NCBI GenBank assembly: GCA_017991835.1
Contig: JAGOPY010000005.1
Coordinates: 155,487-219,486, forward strand
Length of the DNA: 64,000 bases
Origin: Bacteroidales bacterium
GTDB taxonomy: Bacteria > Bacteroidota > Bacteroidia > Bacteroidales > JAGOPY01
Direction of reading: 5' to 3'
The notes under the pieces were generated by a model. It had not been told where the DNA came from. It saw only the letters and a program-made list of their open reading frames with translations, and made no database searches. The position numbers and the translations under genes are program-made. Of this stretch, positions 37,794-47,719 are shown piece by piece. How positions within the stretch are numbered: the first letter of the stretch is position 1; each line of letters starts with the position of its first letter.

Positions 37794-37815
37794 AAAAAAG
37801 CCCTTGGTTAAGGGC
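37794..37815 (-). terminator. Small terminator-like hairpin (GCCCTT-aacc-AAGGGC + T6) between the AI-2E transporter gene and the giant gene
   Basis: Stem 37800-37805 pairs with 37810-37815. The A-run at 37794-37799 is a T-run on the minus strand. It could be the AI-2E terminator or a leader attenuator of the giant gene. Confidence 0.35.
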
Positions 37816-37880
37816 AACAGAAAAAGAAATCATAAAAACATGACCCGGCTTTCATAAACCGTGCTTTTTCCACTATTTAT

Positions 37881-37888
37881 CAAAAATA
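37881..37888 (-). promoter_or_regulatory. -7 promoter box (caaaaata on plus = TAnnTTTG on minus) upstream of the giant gene
   Basis: Exact match about 150 nt upstream of the ATG at 37730. Confidence 0.25.
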
Positions 37889-37980
37889 TAATTTATTCCG
37901 GTTAAATACGACATATCGCACAGCCAATTATCTAATTTAGAATGATTCAAAATTAATTTTCATCACCCCGCCATCATTAT

Positions 37981-38092
37981 ATCAAAATATTAAAACCTCA
38001 AAATATCACAAATTCATAAAATCACAAAATCATAAGTTCAAAAAATCATAAGTTCAAAAAATCACAAAATCAAAATATCAAAATATCAATTC
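37981..38092. repeat. Phase-locked array of 14 octamers (WTCAnAAn), ending 1 nt before the AI-2E stop codon
   Basis: Parsed by hand as atcaaaat, attaaaac, ctcaaaat, atcacaaa, ttcataaa, atcacaaa, atcataag, ttcaaaaa, atcataag, ttcaaaaa, atcacaaa, atcaaaat, atcaaaat, atcaattc. Confidence 0.9.
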
Positions 38093-38093
38093 C

Positions 38094-39071
38094 TTACCCC
38101 TCTTTCTGACCTTCATAGATCTTCATCACCACCATCGTCAAGGGTACCCCAAGCACCGCTCCCGGTATCCCCAGGATCCATCCCCAGATCAGTAACGACA
38201 GAAAAGTGGTCAGCAATGAGATGTTCAGGCTCTCTTTCATGAAAATGGGCCGTATCACGTTCTCCACAATGGCATTGATCAGCCAGAAACCGATAAAAAC
38301 CACCAGCGCCTGCCACCAGCCAAGCATGATCAGTGCGATCAGGGCCGGCGGTATGAACGAGATGATAAACCCGATGTTCGGGATGAAATTCATCAGAAAG
38401 GATAGAAACGCCCACAGAAAAGCGAAATCTACCCCCAGGATCAGGAGGAAGAAAAAATTCAGGACTCCGGTAATGACACCCGTCAAGGTAGTGATATTTA
38501 CATACTTGCGAAGATCACCCCCCAGCCCCGTCAGCCACTTGATAAATACCGACTCTTCTCTTTTTCCTTTCTTCAGATCGGTTGAATAATTGATCAGCTC
38601 GATGATCATGAATGCCACCAGCATGGCGATGATAAAGGAAGAGCTGAAGAAGTTCGTCAGTCCTGTTATTACTTTTCCGGTAAATCCGATGATCTTATCG
38701 GGATTTATATTGATCTTTTTGACCAGGTCGGAGAAATCAATGTTCTGTGATGCCGCAAATTCCTGCAGGTTTTCATACAGGACCGACAGTTTCTCCTGGT
38801 ACTCCGGAATTGCCTCCACCAGGTTGCTGACCGAACTGGCCAGCAGTGCCGAAACCAGGAATCCTCCCCCGAGGATGACCAGCAGCGAGATTAAAATCGC
38901 GAGGCTTTTCCTGACGCCTTTTTTAATGAGCCACTCAGGCAAAGGAGTAATGACCATCGCCAGCAAAAAAGCGATCAGGATCTGGTTGATCGGGCCGGCG
39001 CCGAACTTTAAACCGGCAATGATGATAACAACGGCTGCTGCCCCGACAAGATACTGTATGAATGGTTTCAT
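38094..39071 (-). CDS. AI-2E family (PerM/YhhT-like) transporter
   Basis: 325 aa with about 8 TM segments. The C-terminal ...IWGWILGIPGAVLGVPLTMVV... is typical of the family. Confidence 0.8.
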   Translation of the reverse strand: MKPFIQYLVGAAAVVIIIAGLKFGAGPINQILIAFLLAMVITPLPEWLIKKGVRKSLAILISLLVILGGGFLVSALLASSVSNLVEAIPEYQEKLSVLYENLQEFAASQNIDFSDLVKKININPDKIIGFTGKVITGLTNFFSSSFIIAMLVAFMIIELINYSTDLKKGKREESVFIKWLTGLGGDLRKYVNITTLTGVITGVLNFFFLLILGVDFAFLWAFLSFLMNFIPNIGFIISFIPPALIALIMLGWWQALVVFIGFWLINAIVENVIRPIFMKESLNISLLTTFLSLLIWGWILGIPGAVLGVPLTMVVMKIYEGQKEG

Positions 39072-39133
39072 GGGGTAAAGAATTAATTACAAACGAATTT
39101 ATTCATTTATTTCATAGAAAACGGAACATGAAA

Positions 39134-39847
39134 TCAAACAATATCCCTTGCCAACTTCTTCCAGATTCCCTCCTCCGGCAAAGGTGCCGTGATACTGACC
39201 GGTGCTTTGCTCACCGGGTGCACAAATTCAACCATCCGGGAGTGAAGGCTGATCGATCCGTCGGGATTGGAACGGGGAGCGCCGTATTTCAGATCGCCTT
39301 TGATCGGGCGGCCGATGGCAGCCAGCTGTGCCCTGATCTGGTGATGCCGGCCCGTCAGCAGTTCCACTTCGAGCAAATCGTAACGGTCGCCCTGTGCAAT
39401 CACACGGTATAAAAGCTCTGCCCTCTGCCTCCCTTCTCCCGGCAGATCGTATGCATAGGACTTGTTTTGTTTTTCATTACGACTTAAGAAATGAGTGATC
39501 AAAATCGACTGCAGACTGCAGACTGCCGGCTGCTTACTGCCGACTGCCGACTGCCGACCGCAGACAGCCCAATACACTTTCTTCACTTCCCGTTTCCGGA
39601 GCATGGCATTCATCCGGGCCAGCGCCTTACTGGTCCGGGCAAAAACCACCGCTCCGCTGACCGGCCGGTCGAGACGGTGAACAACGCCCAGGAACACCTC
39701 TCCCGGCTTATGATATTTTTCTTTCAGATAGGATTTTAACGTCTCAACCAGCGGCTCATCCCCGGTTTTATCACCCTGCACAATATCACCCGGCTGCTTG
39801 TTGACGATCAGCAGATGATTGTCTTCGTATAAAATTTGGTTTGTCAT
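39134..39847 (-). CDS. RluA-family pseudouridine synthase carrying an in-frame heptamer array
   Basis: HRLDRPVSG catalytic motif, plus KKVYWAV...RNEKQNKS...TGRHHQIRAQL. Confidence 0.88.
   Translation of the reverse strand: MTNQILYEDNHLLIVNKQPGDIVQGDKTGDEPLVETLKSYLKEKYHKPGEVFLGVVHRLDRPVSGAVVFARTSKALARMNAMLRKREVKKVYWAVCGRQSAVGSKQPAVCSLQSILITHFLSRNEKQNKSYAYDLPGEGRQRAELLYRVIAQGDRYDLLEVELLTGRHHQIRAQLAAIGRPIKGDLKYGAPRSNPDGSISLHSRMVEFVHPVSKAPVSITAPLPEEGIWKKLARDIV
39507..39569. repeat. Heptamer array gactgcM x9 (63 nt = 21 codons) inside the RluA-family CDS
   Basis: Units are gactgca, gactgca, gactgcc, ggctgct, tactgcc, gactgcc, gactgcc, gaccgca, gacagcc. They encode AVCGRQSAVGSKQPAVCSLQS on the minus strand. 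Confidence 0.9.
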
Positions 39848-39848
39848 T

Positions 39849-39948
39849 TACTCACTTCGTTCGTGTCATTGGTCATTAGCTCGCTGCGCTCGCGTTATAT
39901 TAATGACTAATGACGTGAGGCACGTAGTGCCGAACTAATGACCATTGG
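39849..39948. repeat. REP-like repeat, locus 3, filling the whole panB-rluA spacer
   Basis: It contains actcacttcgttcgtgtcattgg and tcattagctcgctgcgctcgcg, plus an inverted related unit (gtgaggcacgtagtgccgaac ... ccattgg). Confidence 0.75.
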
Positions 39949-39949
39949 C

Positions 39950-40768
39950 TCAATACTGCTCCCTCTCATTCGGGAAATCTCTTGATTTCACATCATCGAT
40001 ATAGGTATTGACCGACGCTTTGATCTCATCGCTGAGATTGTGATACCGGCGGAGGAAGCGGGGGGAAAACTTCATATTGATCCCAAGCATATCGTGCAAA
40101 ACGAGCACCTGACCATCGACCGACGGGCCCGCGCCGATACCGATCGTCGGAATTTTGACCTGGTCGGTCACCTCGGATGCCAGCTTTGAGGGGATCTTTT
40201 CCAGCACGATGGCAAAACATCCCGCTTTCTCAAGCAGGAGAGCGTCTTCCTTCAACTTGGTCGCTTCCGAATCATCGGTGGCCCTGACCACGTAAGTCCC
40301 GAATTTATTGATCGATTGAGGTGTCAGTCCCAGGTGCCCCATCACGGGAATTCCGGCCGACAGGATCCGGTCGATCGACTCGAGCACCTCTTTTCCCCCT
40401 TCCATCTTGACGGCATTTGCGCCCGATTCTTTCATGATCCGGATGGCGGAATGAAGGGCCTCCTTCGAGTTGCCCTGGTAGGTGCCAAACGGAAGGTCGA
40501 CCACCACCAGCGCGCGTTTCACAGCCCGCATCACCGAAGAGGCGTGATATATCATCTGGTCGAGGGTGATCGGCAACGTTGTACTGTGTCCGGCCATAAC
40601 ATTGGAGGCCGAGTCGCCCACCAGGATCACATCGATCCCCGCTTCGTCGAGCAAAATGGCAAAAGAATAATCGTAGGCCGTCAGCATCGCAATCTTCTCC
40701 CCTTTCAGCTTCATCTCCTGCAATACATGCGTGGTGATCTTGGCATATTTTCTTGAATCAGTTATCAT
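39950..40768 (-). CDS. panB: 3-methyl-2-oxobutanoate hydroxymethyltransferase
   Basis: [13 protein letters not shown]...ILVGDS...[11 protein letters not shown]...AVKMEGG is canonical PanB. Confidence 0.93.
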   Translation of the reverse strand: MITDSRKYAKITTHVLQEMKLKGEKIAMLTAYDYSFAILLDEAGIDVILVGDSASNVMAGHSTTLPITLDQMIYHASSVMRAVKRALVVVDLPFGTYQGNSKEALHSAIRIMKESGANAVKMEGGKEVLESIDRILSAGIPVMGHLGLTPQSINKFGTYVVRATDDSEATKLKEDALLLEKAGCFAIVLEKIPSKLASEVTDQVKIPTIGIGAGPSVDGQVLVLHDMLGINMKFSPRFLRRYHNLSDEIKASVNTYIDDVKSRDFPNEREQY

Positions 40769-40794
40769 AATCAGATGTTTTCAACGTTAACTTG

Positions 40795-40802
40795 CAAAGG
40801 TA
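40795..40802 (-). promoter_or_regulatory. -7 promoter box (caaaggta on plus) for panB
   Basis: Exact TAnnTTTG on the minus strand, 27 nt upstream of the ATG at 40768. Confidence 0.4.
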
Positions 40803-40847
40803 AAAACAAATATTTCGATTAGCCGGCTAAATTATTGGTTAATAAGC

Positions 40848-40855
40848 TAATTTTG
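40848..40855 (+). promoter_or_regulatory. -7 promoter box TAnnTTTG (taattttg)
   Basis: Exact match 43 nt upstream of the ATG at 40898. Confidence 0.35.
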
Positions 40856-40897
40856 CATCCTGTTTTCGAGCGGACATCCATCCGTAAAACTAATTAT

Positions 40898-41929
40898 ATG
40901 AAAAAGCTTGCCACACTCCGTTACTTCACTATTGCATTCAGCAAAACAAAACTTTTCTTTGTTCTTTTAGTTTCGGTCCTGATGATTTCCTGTGAAGAGG
41001 ATTTTGAGATCAATGCCCCTTACCAGGATATCACCATTGCATATGGACTGATCGACCCTTCCGATGATACGATCTTCGTTAAGATCAACAAAGCCTTCCT
41101 GGGCGACGGCGATATCCTGGAAATGGCCCGAATTGAAGATTCGAGCAATTACATCAACAACCTTACGGCAGTAATCGAGGAATGGGACGGCGGAAACCTT
41201 GTCAGGACTTATCAATTAGATACCATCACTATAAAAAACAAAGAGGAAGGGACATTCTACAATCCCTACCAGGTTGTTTATTTTACACCTTACGAACCGG
41301 TCACCTCCAGGCTTTACCGGTTGAAAATCAATGTGAACGATAAAGAAGTTACAGCAACAACTTCCCTGATTAATGATTTTACCGTGAGTAAACCCAGCGC
41401 CGGTTCCAAATTCATCCAGTTCAGGAAAGGCACCGACAGCGACGTGGAATGGGTTTCGGCTAAATACGGCAAGCGTTATGAAGTGCTGATAAGGTTTAAA
41501 TATAAAGAAGTTCTATTCAGCAGTCCTGATACCGTTTACAAGCAAGTCGACTGGTTCCTGGCCACCAAGAAGGCGCTGGATGACCGGGGCGGAGATGATA
41601 TGGGTGTCGCTTACAGAAATGATGGTTTTTATACCCTTATCGGGGATAAGATCCCTTACCAGGATGCGGCAAAAGAATCAGACGTAAAAGCCCGCTATAC
41701 GAATGATGTCGATTTCATGATCGCGGTGGCCGCCACCGAATACAACACTTACATGGAGGTCAATGAACCGACGAACAGCATTGTGCAGGACAGGCCGGAT
41801 TATACCAACATCTCCAACGGACTGGGGATTTTCTCAAGCCGTTATCGCATCGTCCGCACCAAAAAAGTCCATGCTGAGACCATTGAAGTGATCCAGACAG
41901 ACCTTCCGCAACTTAAGTTTGTTTACTGA
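40898..41929 (+). CDS. Hypothetical lipoprotein
   Basis: MKKLATLRYFTIAFSKTKLFFVLLVSVLMISCEE is a signal peptide with a lipobox Cys. I did not recognise any catalytic motif. Confidence 0.7.
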   Translation: MKKLATLRYFTIAFSKTKLFFVLLVSVLMISCEEDFEINAPYQDITIAYGLIDPSDDTIFVKINKAFLGDGDILEMARIEDSSNYINNLTAVIEEWDGGNLVRTYQLDTITIKNKEEGTFYNPYQVVYFTPYEPVTSRLYRLKINVNDKEVTATTSLINDFTVSKPSAGSKFIQFRKGTDSDVEWVSAKYGKRYEVLIRFKYKEVLFSSPDTVYKQVDWFLATKKALDDRGGDDMGVAYRNDGFYTLIGDKIPYQDAAKESDVKARYTNDVDFMIAVAATEYNTYMEVNEPTNSIVQDRPDYTNISNGLGIFSSRYRIVRTKKVHAETIEVIQTDLPQLKFVY

Positions 41930-42031
41930 TTTAAAATGACTTTTTGTCACTTTCTGGCAGAAGGTCAATCATGGCATAATCATTGACAAACCAAAGGAAA
42001 TTTTTGAATTTCTTAACAATACTATAATTTT

Positions 42032-43945
42032 ATGGGTAAGATAATTGGAATTGACCTTGGGACGACCAATTCGTGCGTCTCGGTCATGGAAGGCAATGAG
42101 CCGGTAGTAATTCCCAACAGCGAAGGAAGAAGGACAACGCCTTCCATCGTTGCTTTTACAGATAACAACGAACGGAAAGTGGGTGATCCGGCAAAGCGCC
42201 AGGCGATCACCAATCCGAAACGTACCGTTTATTCGATCAAGCGTTTCATGGGCGAAACCTTTGACCAGGTGTCGACCGAAACCGGTCGGGTGACTTACGA
42301 AGTGGTCAGGGGAGATAACAACACCCCGCGCGTTAAAATAGACGACCGTTTTTATTCGCCGCAGGAAATTTCGGCCATGGTGCTGCAGAAAATGAAAAAG
42401 ACGGCAGAAGACTACCTTGGACAATCGGTGTCGGAGGCTGTTATTACGGTTCCGGCCTATTTCAGCGATTCACAGCGGCAGGCGACCAAAGAAGCCGGTG
42501 AGATTGCCGGATTAAAGGTCCGTCGTATCATCAATGAACCGACGGCAGCTGCCCTGGCTTACGGTCTCGATAAAAAGAACAAAGACATCAAAGTCGCGGT
42601 GTTTGACCTCGGCGGCGGGACATTCGATATTTCGATCCTGGAGCTGGGGGATGGCGTTTTTGAAGTAAAATCGACCAATGGTAATACGCACCTGGGCGGT
42701 GATGATTTCGACCAGACGGTGATCGACTGGCTGGCGGAAGAATTCAAAGCCGATGAAGGCCTTGACCTGCGGAAGGATGCTATGGCGCTCCAGAGGCTGA
42801 AAGAAGCAGCCGAAAAAGCTAAAATCGAGCTTTCCAGTTCCACCGAAACGGAGATCAACCTGCCCTATATCATGCCGGTCGACGGTGTGCCGAAGCACCT
42901 GGTTCGCAAACTCTCCCGGGCAAAATTCGAACAACTGATCGACAAGTATGTACAGATGACGATCGATCCGTGCCGGCAGGCGCTGAAAGACGCCGGGCTG
43001 AACGCTTCACAGATCGATGAGGTCATCCTCGTGGGCGGATCCACTCGCGTACCGGTCATCCAGAAGATCGTCAGGGAATTCTTCGGTAAAGAGCCCTCCA
43101 AAGGGGTCAACCCGGATGAGGTCGTGGCTATTGGCGCCGCTATCCAGGGCGGTGTTCTGACCGGTGAAGTGAAGGATGTTCTGTTGCTCGACGTGACGCC
43201 GCTTTCTCTTGGGATCGAAACACTCGGTGGCGTATTTACCAAGCTCATCGAATCGAATACCACCATCCCGACGAAAAAATCGGAGGTGTTCTCCACCGCA
43301 GCCGACAGCCAGACATCGGTCGAGATCCATGTACTTCAGGGCGAACGCCCGATGGCCATGCAGAATAAGAGCATCGGCAGGTTCCATCTCGATGGTATCC
43401 CGCCGGCACCGCGCGGCATCCCGCAGATCGAAGTGACCTTTGATATCGATGCCAACGGCATCCTGCACGTGGCAGCCAAAGACAAAGCCACCGGCCGTTC
43501 GCAGCAGATCCGTATCGAAGCTTCCTCAGGGCTGAGCCAGGACGAGATCAACAAGATGAAACAGGAAGCCCAGGAAAACGCCGATTCCGACAAAAAGGCC
43601 CGCGAAACGGTTGACAAGCTTAATGCGGCTGATGCTCTGATCTTCCAGACCGAAAAACAACTGAAAGAATACGGCGATAAGATCCCCCCCGCTTTGAAAG
43701 GCGACCTGGAATCGGCCCTGGAAAAACTGAAAGAGGCTCACAAATCGAAAGACCTGGCGGCTATCGACAGCGCTATGGCCAACCTGAACGAAAAATGGCA
43801 GAAAGCCAGCACCGAGATGTACCAGAATACCCAGGCCGGACAACAGCAAACCGGCCCACAGGACGGACCGGGAGCCGGCGGGCAGAAAGGTAACCAGGGT
43901 AACGACGGGGAAGTGACCGACGTCGACTTCGAAGAGGTTAAATAA
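42032..43945 (+). CDS. dnaK: Molecular chaperone DnaK (Hsp70)
   Basis: [28 protein letters not shown] and the C-terminal EEVK. Confidence 0.97.
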   Translation: MGKIIGIDLGTTNSCVSVMEGNEPVVIPNSEGRRTTPSIVAFTDNNERKVGDPAKRQAITNPKRTVYSIKRFMGETFDQVSTETGRVTYEVVRGDNNTPRVKIDDRFYSPQEISAMVLQKMKKTAEDYLGQSVSEAVITVPAYFSDSQRQATKEAGEIAGLKVRRIINEPTAAALAYGLDKKNKDIKVAVFDLGGGTFDISILELGDGVFEVKSTNGNTHLGGDDFDQTVIDWLAEEFKADEGLDLRKDAMALQRLKEAAEKAKIELSSSTETEINLPYIMPVDGVPKHLVRKLSRAKFEQLIDKYVQMTIDPCRQALKDAGLNASQIDEVILVGGSTRVPVIQKIVREFFGKEPSKGVNPDEVVAIGAAIQGGVLTGEVKDVLLLDVTPLSLGIETLGGVFTKLIESNTTIPTKKSEVFSTAADSQTSVEIHVLQGERPMAMQNKSIGRFHLDGIPPAPRGIPQIEVTFDIDANGILHVAAKDKATGRSQQIRIEASSGLSQDEINKMKQEAQENADSDKKARETVDKLNAADALIFQTEKQLKEYGDKIPPALKGDLESALEKLKEAHKSKDLAAIDSAMANLNEKWQKASTEMYQNTQAGQQQTGPQDGPGAGGQKGNQGNDGEVTDVDFEEVK

Positions 43946-43977
43946 CTTCTTCTACGCAGGTAAAACCTGTATAATAT

Positions 43978-43985
43978 TACCTTTG
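43978..43985 (+). promoter_or_regulatory. -7 promoter box TAnnTTTG (tacctttg)
   Basis: Exact match 21 nt upstream of the ATG at 44006. Confidence 0.4.
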
Positions 43986-44005
43986 TACCCTGCGTTTTAC
44001 TTTCG

Positions 44006-45535
44006 ATGAATAAGATCCTGCTTACCGCTTTAGTCATCCTTAACCTATCGGCACTTAGCCAGACCGGTGTTGTCAGGCTTGAATTCGAAGCGGCAATCAA
44101 CAGCGATATTTACCAGCTTGTACCCCTGGACCGCCAGGGGTTTCTGGTTTTTTACGAAACCAGCGGGATGGCGGGCGAGGGAGCCAAGAACTGGTTTTTT
44201 AGCTGCTTTGGCCCCGACTTTAAGGAAAAATGGAAAACCAATATTCCGGTTATCCTGAATGCAGAATACCAGCATTATATTTTCCACGATTCACTGGTTT
44301 ATCTCACCTTTTACAACCCCGGGAAAGTCCGATCAGGATCGGAAAACTTCCAGGTCACTACCTTCGACCTGGTCAACGGTGTGTCGTATGAAACAAAAAC
44401 TACTCTTCCCCCTGATGGAAAACCGGTCGAATTCATTGTTGCGGGGGATAAAGCAATTGTCGGGATGAACCTGAAAAATGACCAGGCCGGCGTCTTCTCC
44501 ATCATCCTGAAAACAGGTTATCTAAATGAATTTACTTTCACCTGGCCGGACCAGAATTTCATCGAAGACCTGGCATACGACCTCCGGAATGATCTTATCG
44601 TCTGCCTGGTAAACAACTATTTGTCGCGGAGGCAAAACAAGCTCTATTTTGCTGCCCTGTCAACTGAATGTGCCTTTCGCCATGACCTTGAAATAGCCCC
44701 GGTAATGGCGGGAAAGTACCTGAATACGGGACGTATCGTAATACAAGACAGTTCACGTTTCCTGATCCTGGGCACCTATGGAAATGTCTCCACGAAAATC
44801 CCGTCACAAGCTGAATATTTCGGCCTGGAATCGGCCGGGGTTTATTCCACCCGGGTTTCCGGCAATTCTCAGGAATTCATGAATTATTACAATTTCGCAG
44901 AGTTTAATAACCTCAGGGCGGGGGTTAGCGCTCGTGATTTTTACCGGCTGCAGAAGAAAAAAGAGCGGGAATCTCCGGAATACTCTATGAATTACGAATT
45001 GCTTGTGCACGACGCCTTTATCCGGGATTCATCCGTCATTATGTTCATGGAAGCCTTCTACCCGGAATTCCGGACCGTCAGCGACATCTCCTACGATCAC
45101 TGGGGAAGGCCGGTCACGCAAAGTTATACTGTTTTTGAAGGGTACCGGTTTTTCAATGCCTTACTGAGCGCATATGATGCCGACGGCCAACTGATCTGGG
45201 ATAACAGTCTTGAAATCAATTCATCCCCGACACGGAGCCTGGAGAAAAAGGCCGGTTACTATTTCGACGGCAGGCCGGCACTGATCTTCAACAACGACGG
45301 AGCCCGCATTTCCTACCGGATCTGCCTTGAGAACACAGAACTGGAACCCTTCTCAAAGCTAGACCTGGAAACAGCGGAATTCGGCGACAAGATAACGGCT
45401 GCCGGTAAGAACCGGATGATCCACTGGTTCGGTTACAATTTCCTGGCCTATGGTTATCAAACCATACAGAATAATTTGCTTCAGGATAAAAACGAGCGAA
45501 CCGTATTCTATATCAACAAGATATCACTTGAATAA
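44006..45535 (+). CDS. Hypothetical secreted protein (509 aa)
   Basis: MNKILLTALVILNLSALSQ is a signal peptide. No family recognised. Confidence 0.7.
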   Translation: MNKILLTALVILNLSALSQTGVVRLEFEAAINSDIYQLVPLDRQGFLVFYETSGMAGEGAKNWFFSCFGPDFKEKWKTNIPVILNAEYQHYIFHDSLVYLTFYNPGKVRSGSENFQVTTFDLVNGVSYETKTTLPPDGKPVEFIVAGDKAIVGMNLKNDQAGVFSIILKTGYLNEFTFTWPDQNFIEDLAYDLRNDLIVCLVNNYLSRRQNKLYFAALSTECAFRHDLEIAPVMAGKYLNTGRIVIQDSSRFLILGTYGNVSTKIPSQAEYFGLESAGVYSTRVSGNSQEFMNYYNFAEFNNLRAGVSARDFYRLQKKKERESPEYSMNYELLVHDAFIRDSSVIMFMEAFYPEFRTVSDISYDHWGRPVTQSYTVFEGYRFFNALLSAYDADGQLIWDNSLEINSSPTRSLEKKAGYYFDGRPALIFNNDGARISYRICLENTELEPFSKLDLETAEFGDKITAAGKNRMIHWFGYNFLAYGYQTIQNNLLQDKNERTVFYINKISLE

Positions 45536-46343
45536 CAGCTCCAACCCGGGTTTATGGCAAACGGGGAGATTCCTTGAGTTCCTGTTCCGGTCAGGCACAC
45601 GCTACCGGGTCCACTCCCCTTTCCTGTACGGATTAATCACTGAAGTGATCCGTAAAAACTCAAATATACCGGATGAGAGGCCTATCCTGGACCTGAAAAA
45701 ACAACTTTGGAGCAGCAGTGAAACAATTCTCAAGACCGATTACGGTTCCGGTTCCGGCAAGGATGGCGAAGAACCGGGCATCTACCCGGTAAGCCTTCGG
45801 AAGCTGGTATCCGGTTCTGTTTCATCTTCCCGTAAAGCGCGTCGATTTTACCGCCTGATCAGGTACAACAACTTCAGTAGCATCCTGGAGATCGGCACTT
45901 CTGTTGGATTGACGACGGCATATTTTTCCAAAGCCAATCCTTCAGCCAGGATCATCACGCTCGAAGGATGCCCCGAACTCAGTCGCATAGCAGTAGAGAA
46001 CTGGAAGAAGCTTGGACTTGGTAATATCAGCATTTCGGTGGGCCGTTTCGAAGATACCCTGGCTCAGGCGCTGGAATCGCTTGGGAAAGCCGATTTCATC
46101 CTTGTGGATGGCAATCACCGGAAAGAAGCGACCATAAGATATTTTGAAATTTGCCTTCCTTTTATGAACAATGATTCGGTCATGGTGTTGGATGATATAC
46201 ATGCTTCCCGCGGAATGGAAGAAGCCTGGGAGCATATAGTCACCCTGCCGGAGGTAAAGGTCAGCATGGACCTGTTCTACAGCGGCTGGCTCTTTTTCAG
46301 AAAGGAATCGTCGAAGGAACATTTCAAACTGAGATATTTCTAA
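45528..46343 (+). CDS. Class I SAM-dependent methyltransferase (O-methyltransferase family 3-like)
   Basis: [15 protein letters not shown] (SAM motif I) and [14 protein letters not shown]. There is no in-frame ATG after the upstream stop, so the TTG at 45528 is my guess. The ORF track starts at 45450. Confidence 0.7.
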   Translation: MNNSSNPGLWQTGRFLEFLFRSGTRYRVHSPFLYGLITEVIRKNSNIPDERPILDLKKQLWSSSETILKTDYGSGSGKDGEEPGIYPVSLRKLVSGSVSSSRKARRFYRLIRYNNFSSILEIGTSVGLTTAYFSKANPSARIITLEGCPELSRIAVENWKKLGLGNISISVGRFEDTLAQALESLGKADFILVDGNHRKEATIRYFEICLPFMNNDSVMVLDDIHASRGMEEAWEHIVTLPEVKVSMDLFYSGWLFFRKESSKEHFKLRYF

Positions 46344-46351
46344 CTATTTTA

Positions 46352-46359
46352 TACATTTG
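46352..46359 (+). promoter_or_regulatory. -7 promoter box TAnnTTTG (tacatttg)
   Basis: Exact match 20 nt upstream of the ATG at 46379. Confidence 0.4.
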
Positions 46360-46378
46360 TTTGAAAGAAAAGGCTGTG

Positions 46379-47086
46379 ATGAATAATGAAGTGATCAGGC
46401 TGGTGGACATCACCCGCCATTTTAAAGTCGGACTGGAGGTAGTCCAGGCGTTACGGGGTGTTTCTACCGTCATTAAGAAAAATGAATTTGTGGCGCTGAT
46501 GGGTGCTTCCGGATCGGGGAAATCAACGCTGATGAATCTTGTCGGATGCCTTGATACGCCTACCTCAGGCCAGTACTTCCTGAACGGAAATGATGTCAGT
46601 AAATTGGACGACAACGAGTTGGCCGAGATCAGGAACAAAGAGATCGGCTTTATTTTCCAGACTTTCAACCTGCTGCCCCGTTCCACTGCGCTTGATAATG
46701 TGATGCTGCCGTTGATCTATGCCGGAATTGGAAAAAATGACCGGATGGAGAGGGCCGTCAAAGCATTGGAAGCGGTCGGCCTGTCAGACCGTATGAATCA
46801 CAAACCCAATGAGTTGTCGGGCGGGCAAAGGCAGCGTGTCGCCACAGCCCGTGCGCTGGTCAACAATCCATCGCTGATCCTGGCCGATGAGCCAACCGGA
46901 AACCTCGACTCCAGGACTTCCGACGAAATCATGGCTTTGCTGGTGGATATCCACAAAGCCGGTAATACGATCATCCTGGTCACCCATGAGGAATCCATTG
47001 CCCGGTACGCCCATCGCATCATCAGGCTTATGGACGGAACGATTCTATCGGACGAGTTAAACAAGGATGTGTATGTCAAGGTTTAA
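46379..47086 (+). CDS. ABC transporter ATP-binding protein (MacB/LolD-type)
   Basis: [24 protein letters not shown] and [11 protein letters not shown]. The probable start is MNNEVIRL; the ORF-track start at 46361 is a TTG. Confidence 0.9.
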   Translation: MNNEVIRLVDITRHFKVGLEVVQALRGVSTVIKKNEFVALMGASGSGKSTLMNLVGCLDTPTSGQYFLNGNDVSKLDDNELAEIRNKEIGFIFQTFNLLPRSTALDNVMLPLIYAGIGKNDRMERAVKALEAVGLSDRMNHKPNELSGGQRQRVATARALVNNPSLILADEPTGNLDSRTSDEIMALLVDIHKAGNTIILVTHEESIARYAHRIIRLMDGTILSDELNKDVYVKV

Positions 47087-47633
47087 GATCTATACCCGAA
47101 CCGGTGATAAAGGACAGACTTCCCTGATCGGCGGGACGAGGGTTCCAAAGTTTCATCCCCGGATCGAGGCATATGGGACGATCGACGAACTTAACTCCTT
47201 CATCGGACTGATCCGTGACCATGACATCGATCCCGTTTACAAATCGGTGCTGGTTGAGATACAGGACAGGTTATTCACGGCTGAGTCGATCATTGCGATG
47301 GACCCGGATGCCGAATCTCAGGTAAGGATACCGAGCCTGTCGGATAAAGACATCGAATTCCTGGAAAGTGAGATTGACCGGATGAATGAGGCACTTCCCG
47401 AGTTACGGTCGTTTATTCTTCCGGGGGGGCATCCGGTGGTTTCGTATTGTCATGTGGCCCGCTGTGTCTGCAGGCGGGCCGAGCGGCATGTTATCCGCCT
47501 GGCGCAGGCCCAACCCGTTGATGAAACCGTGATGATGTACCTGAACCGGCTGTCGGATTACCTGTTTGTGCTGGCCAGGCGCCTGGCAAAAGATTTTAAT
47601 GCCCCCGAAACCAATTGGTTACCAAGGCTTTAA
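47073..47633 (+). CDS. PduO-type ATP:cob(I)alamin adenosyltransferase
   Basis: [13 protein letters not shown] and the helical-bundle remainder ([13 protein letters not shown]). Confidence 0.88.
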   Translation: MSRFKIYTRTGDKGQTSLIGGTRVPKFHPRIEAYGTIDELNSFIGLIRDHDIDPVYKSVLVEIQDRLFTAESIIAMDPDAESQVRIPSLSDKDIEFLESEIDRMNEALPELRSFILPGGHPVVSYCHVARCVCRRAERHVIRLAQAQPVDETVMMYLNRLSDYLFVLARRLAKDFNAPETNWLPRL

Positions 47634-47683
47634 ACATATTATACCAACTTTTTAAATCCCCTTGACTTTTATTTAAAAAAATA

Positions 47684-47691
47684 TATTTTTG
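47684..47691 (+). promoter_or_regulatory. -7 promoter box TAnnTTTG (tatttttg)
   Basis: Exact match 29 nt upstream of the ATG at 47720. Confidence 0.4.
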
Positions 47692-47719
47692 CAGGATAAT
47701 TAATCCTAATCGAATTGTT

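Noticed and set aside
37981-38092. CRISPR array as the explanation for the periodic repeats, here and at the other array loci
   Set aside because: The units are 7-8 nt and directly tandem with no spacers. There are no cas genes and no repeats in the 24-48-nt range.
39062-39412. 116-aa plus-strand ORF overlapping the RluA-family gene and the upstream spacer
   Set aside because: It runs antisense to a motif-supported CDS and starts inside the AI-2E gene. No independent support.
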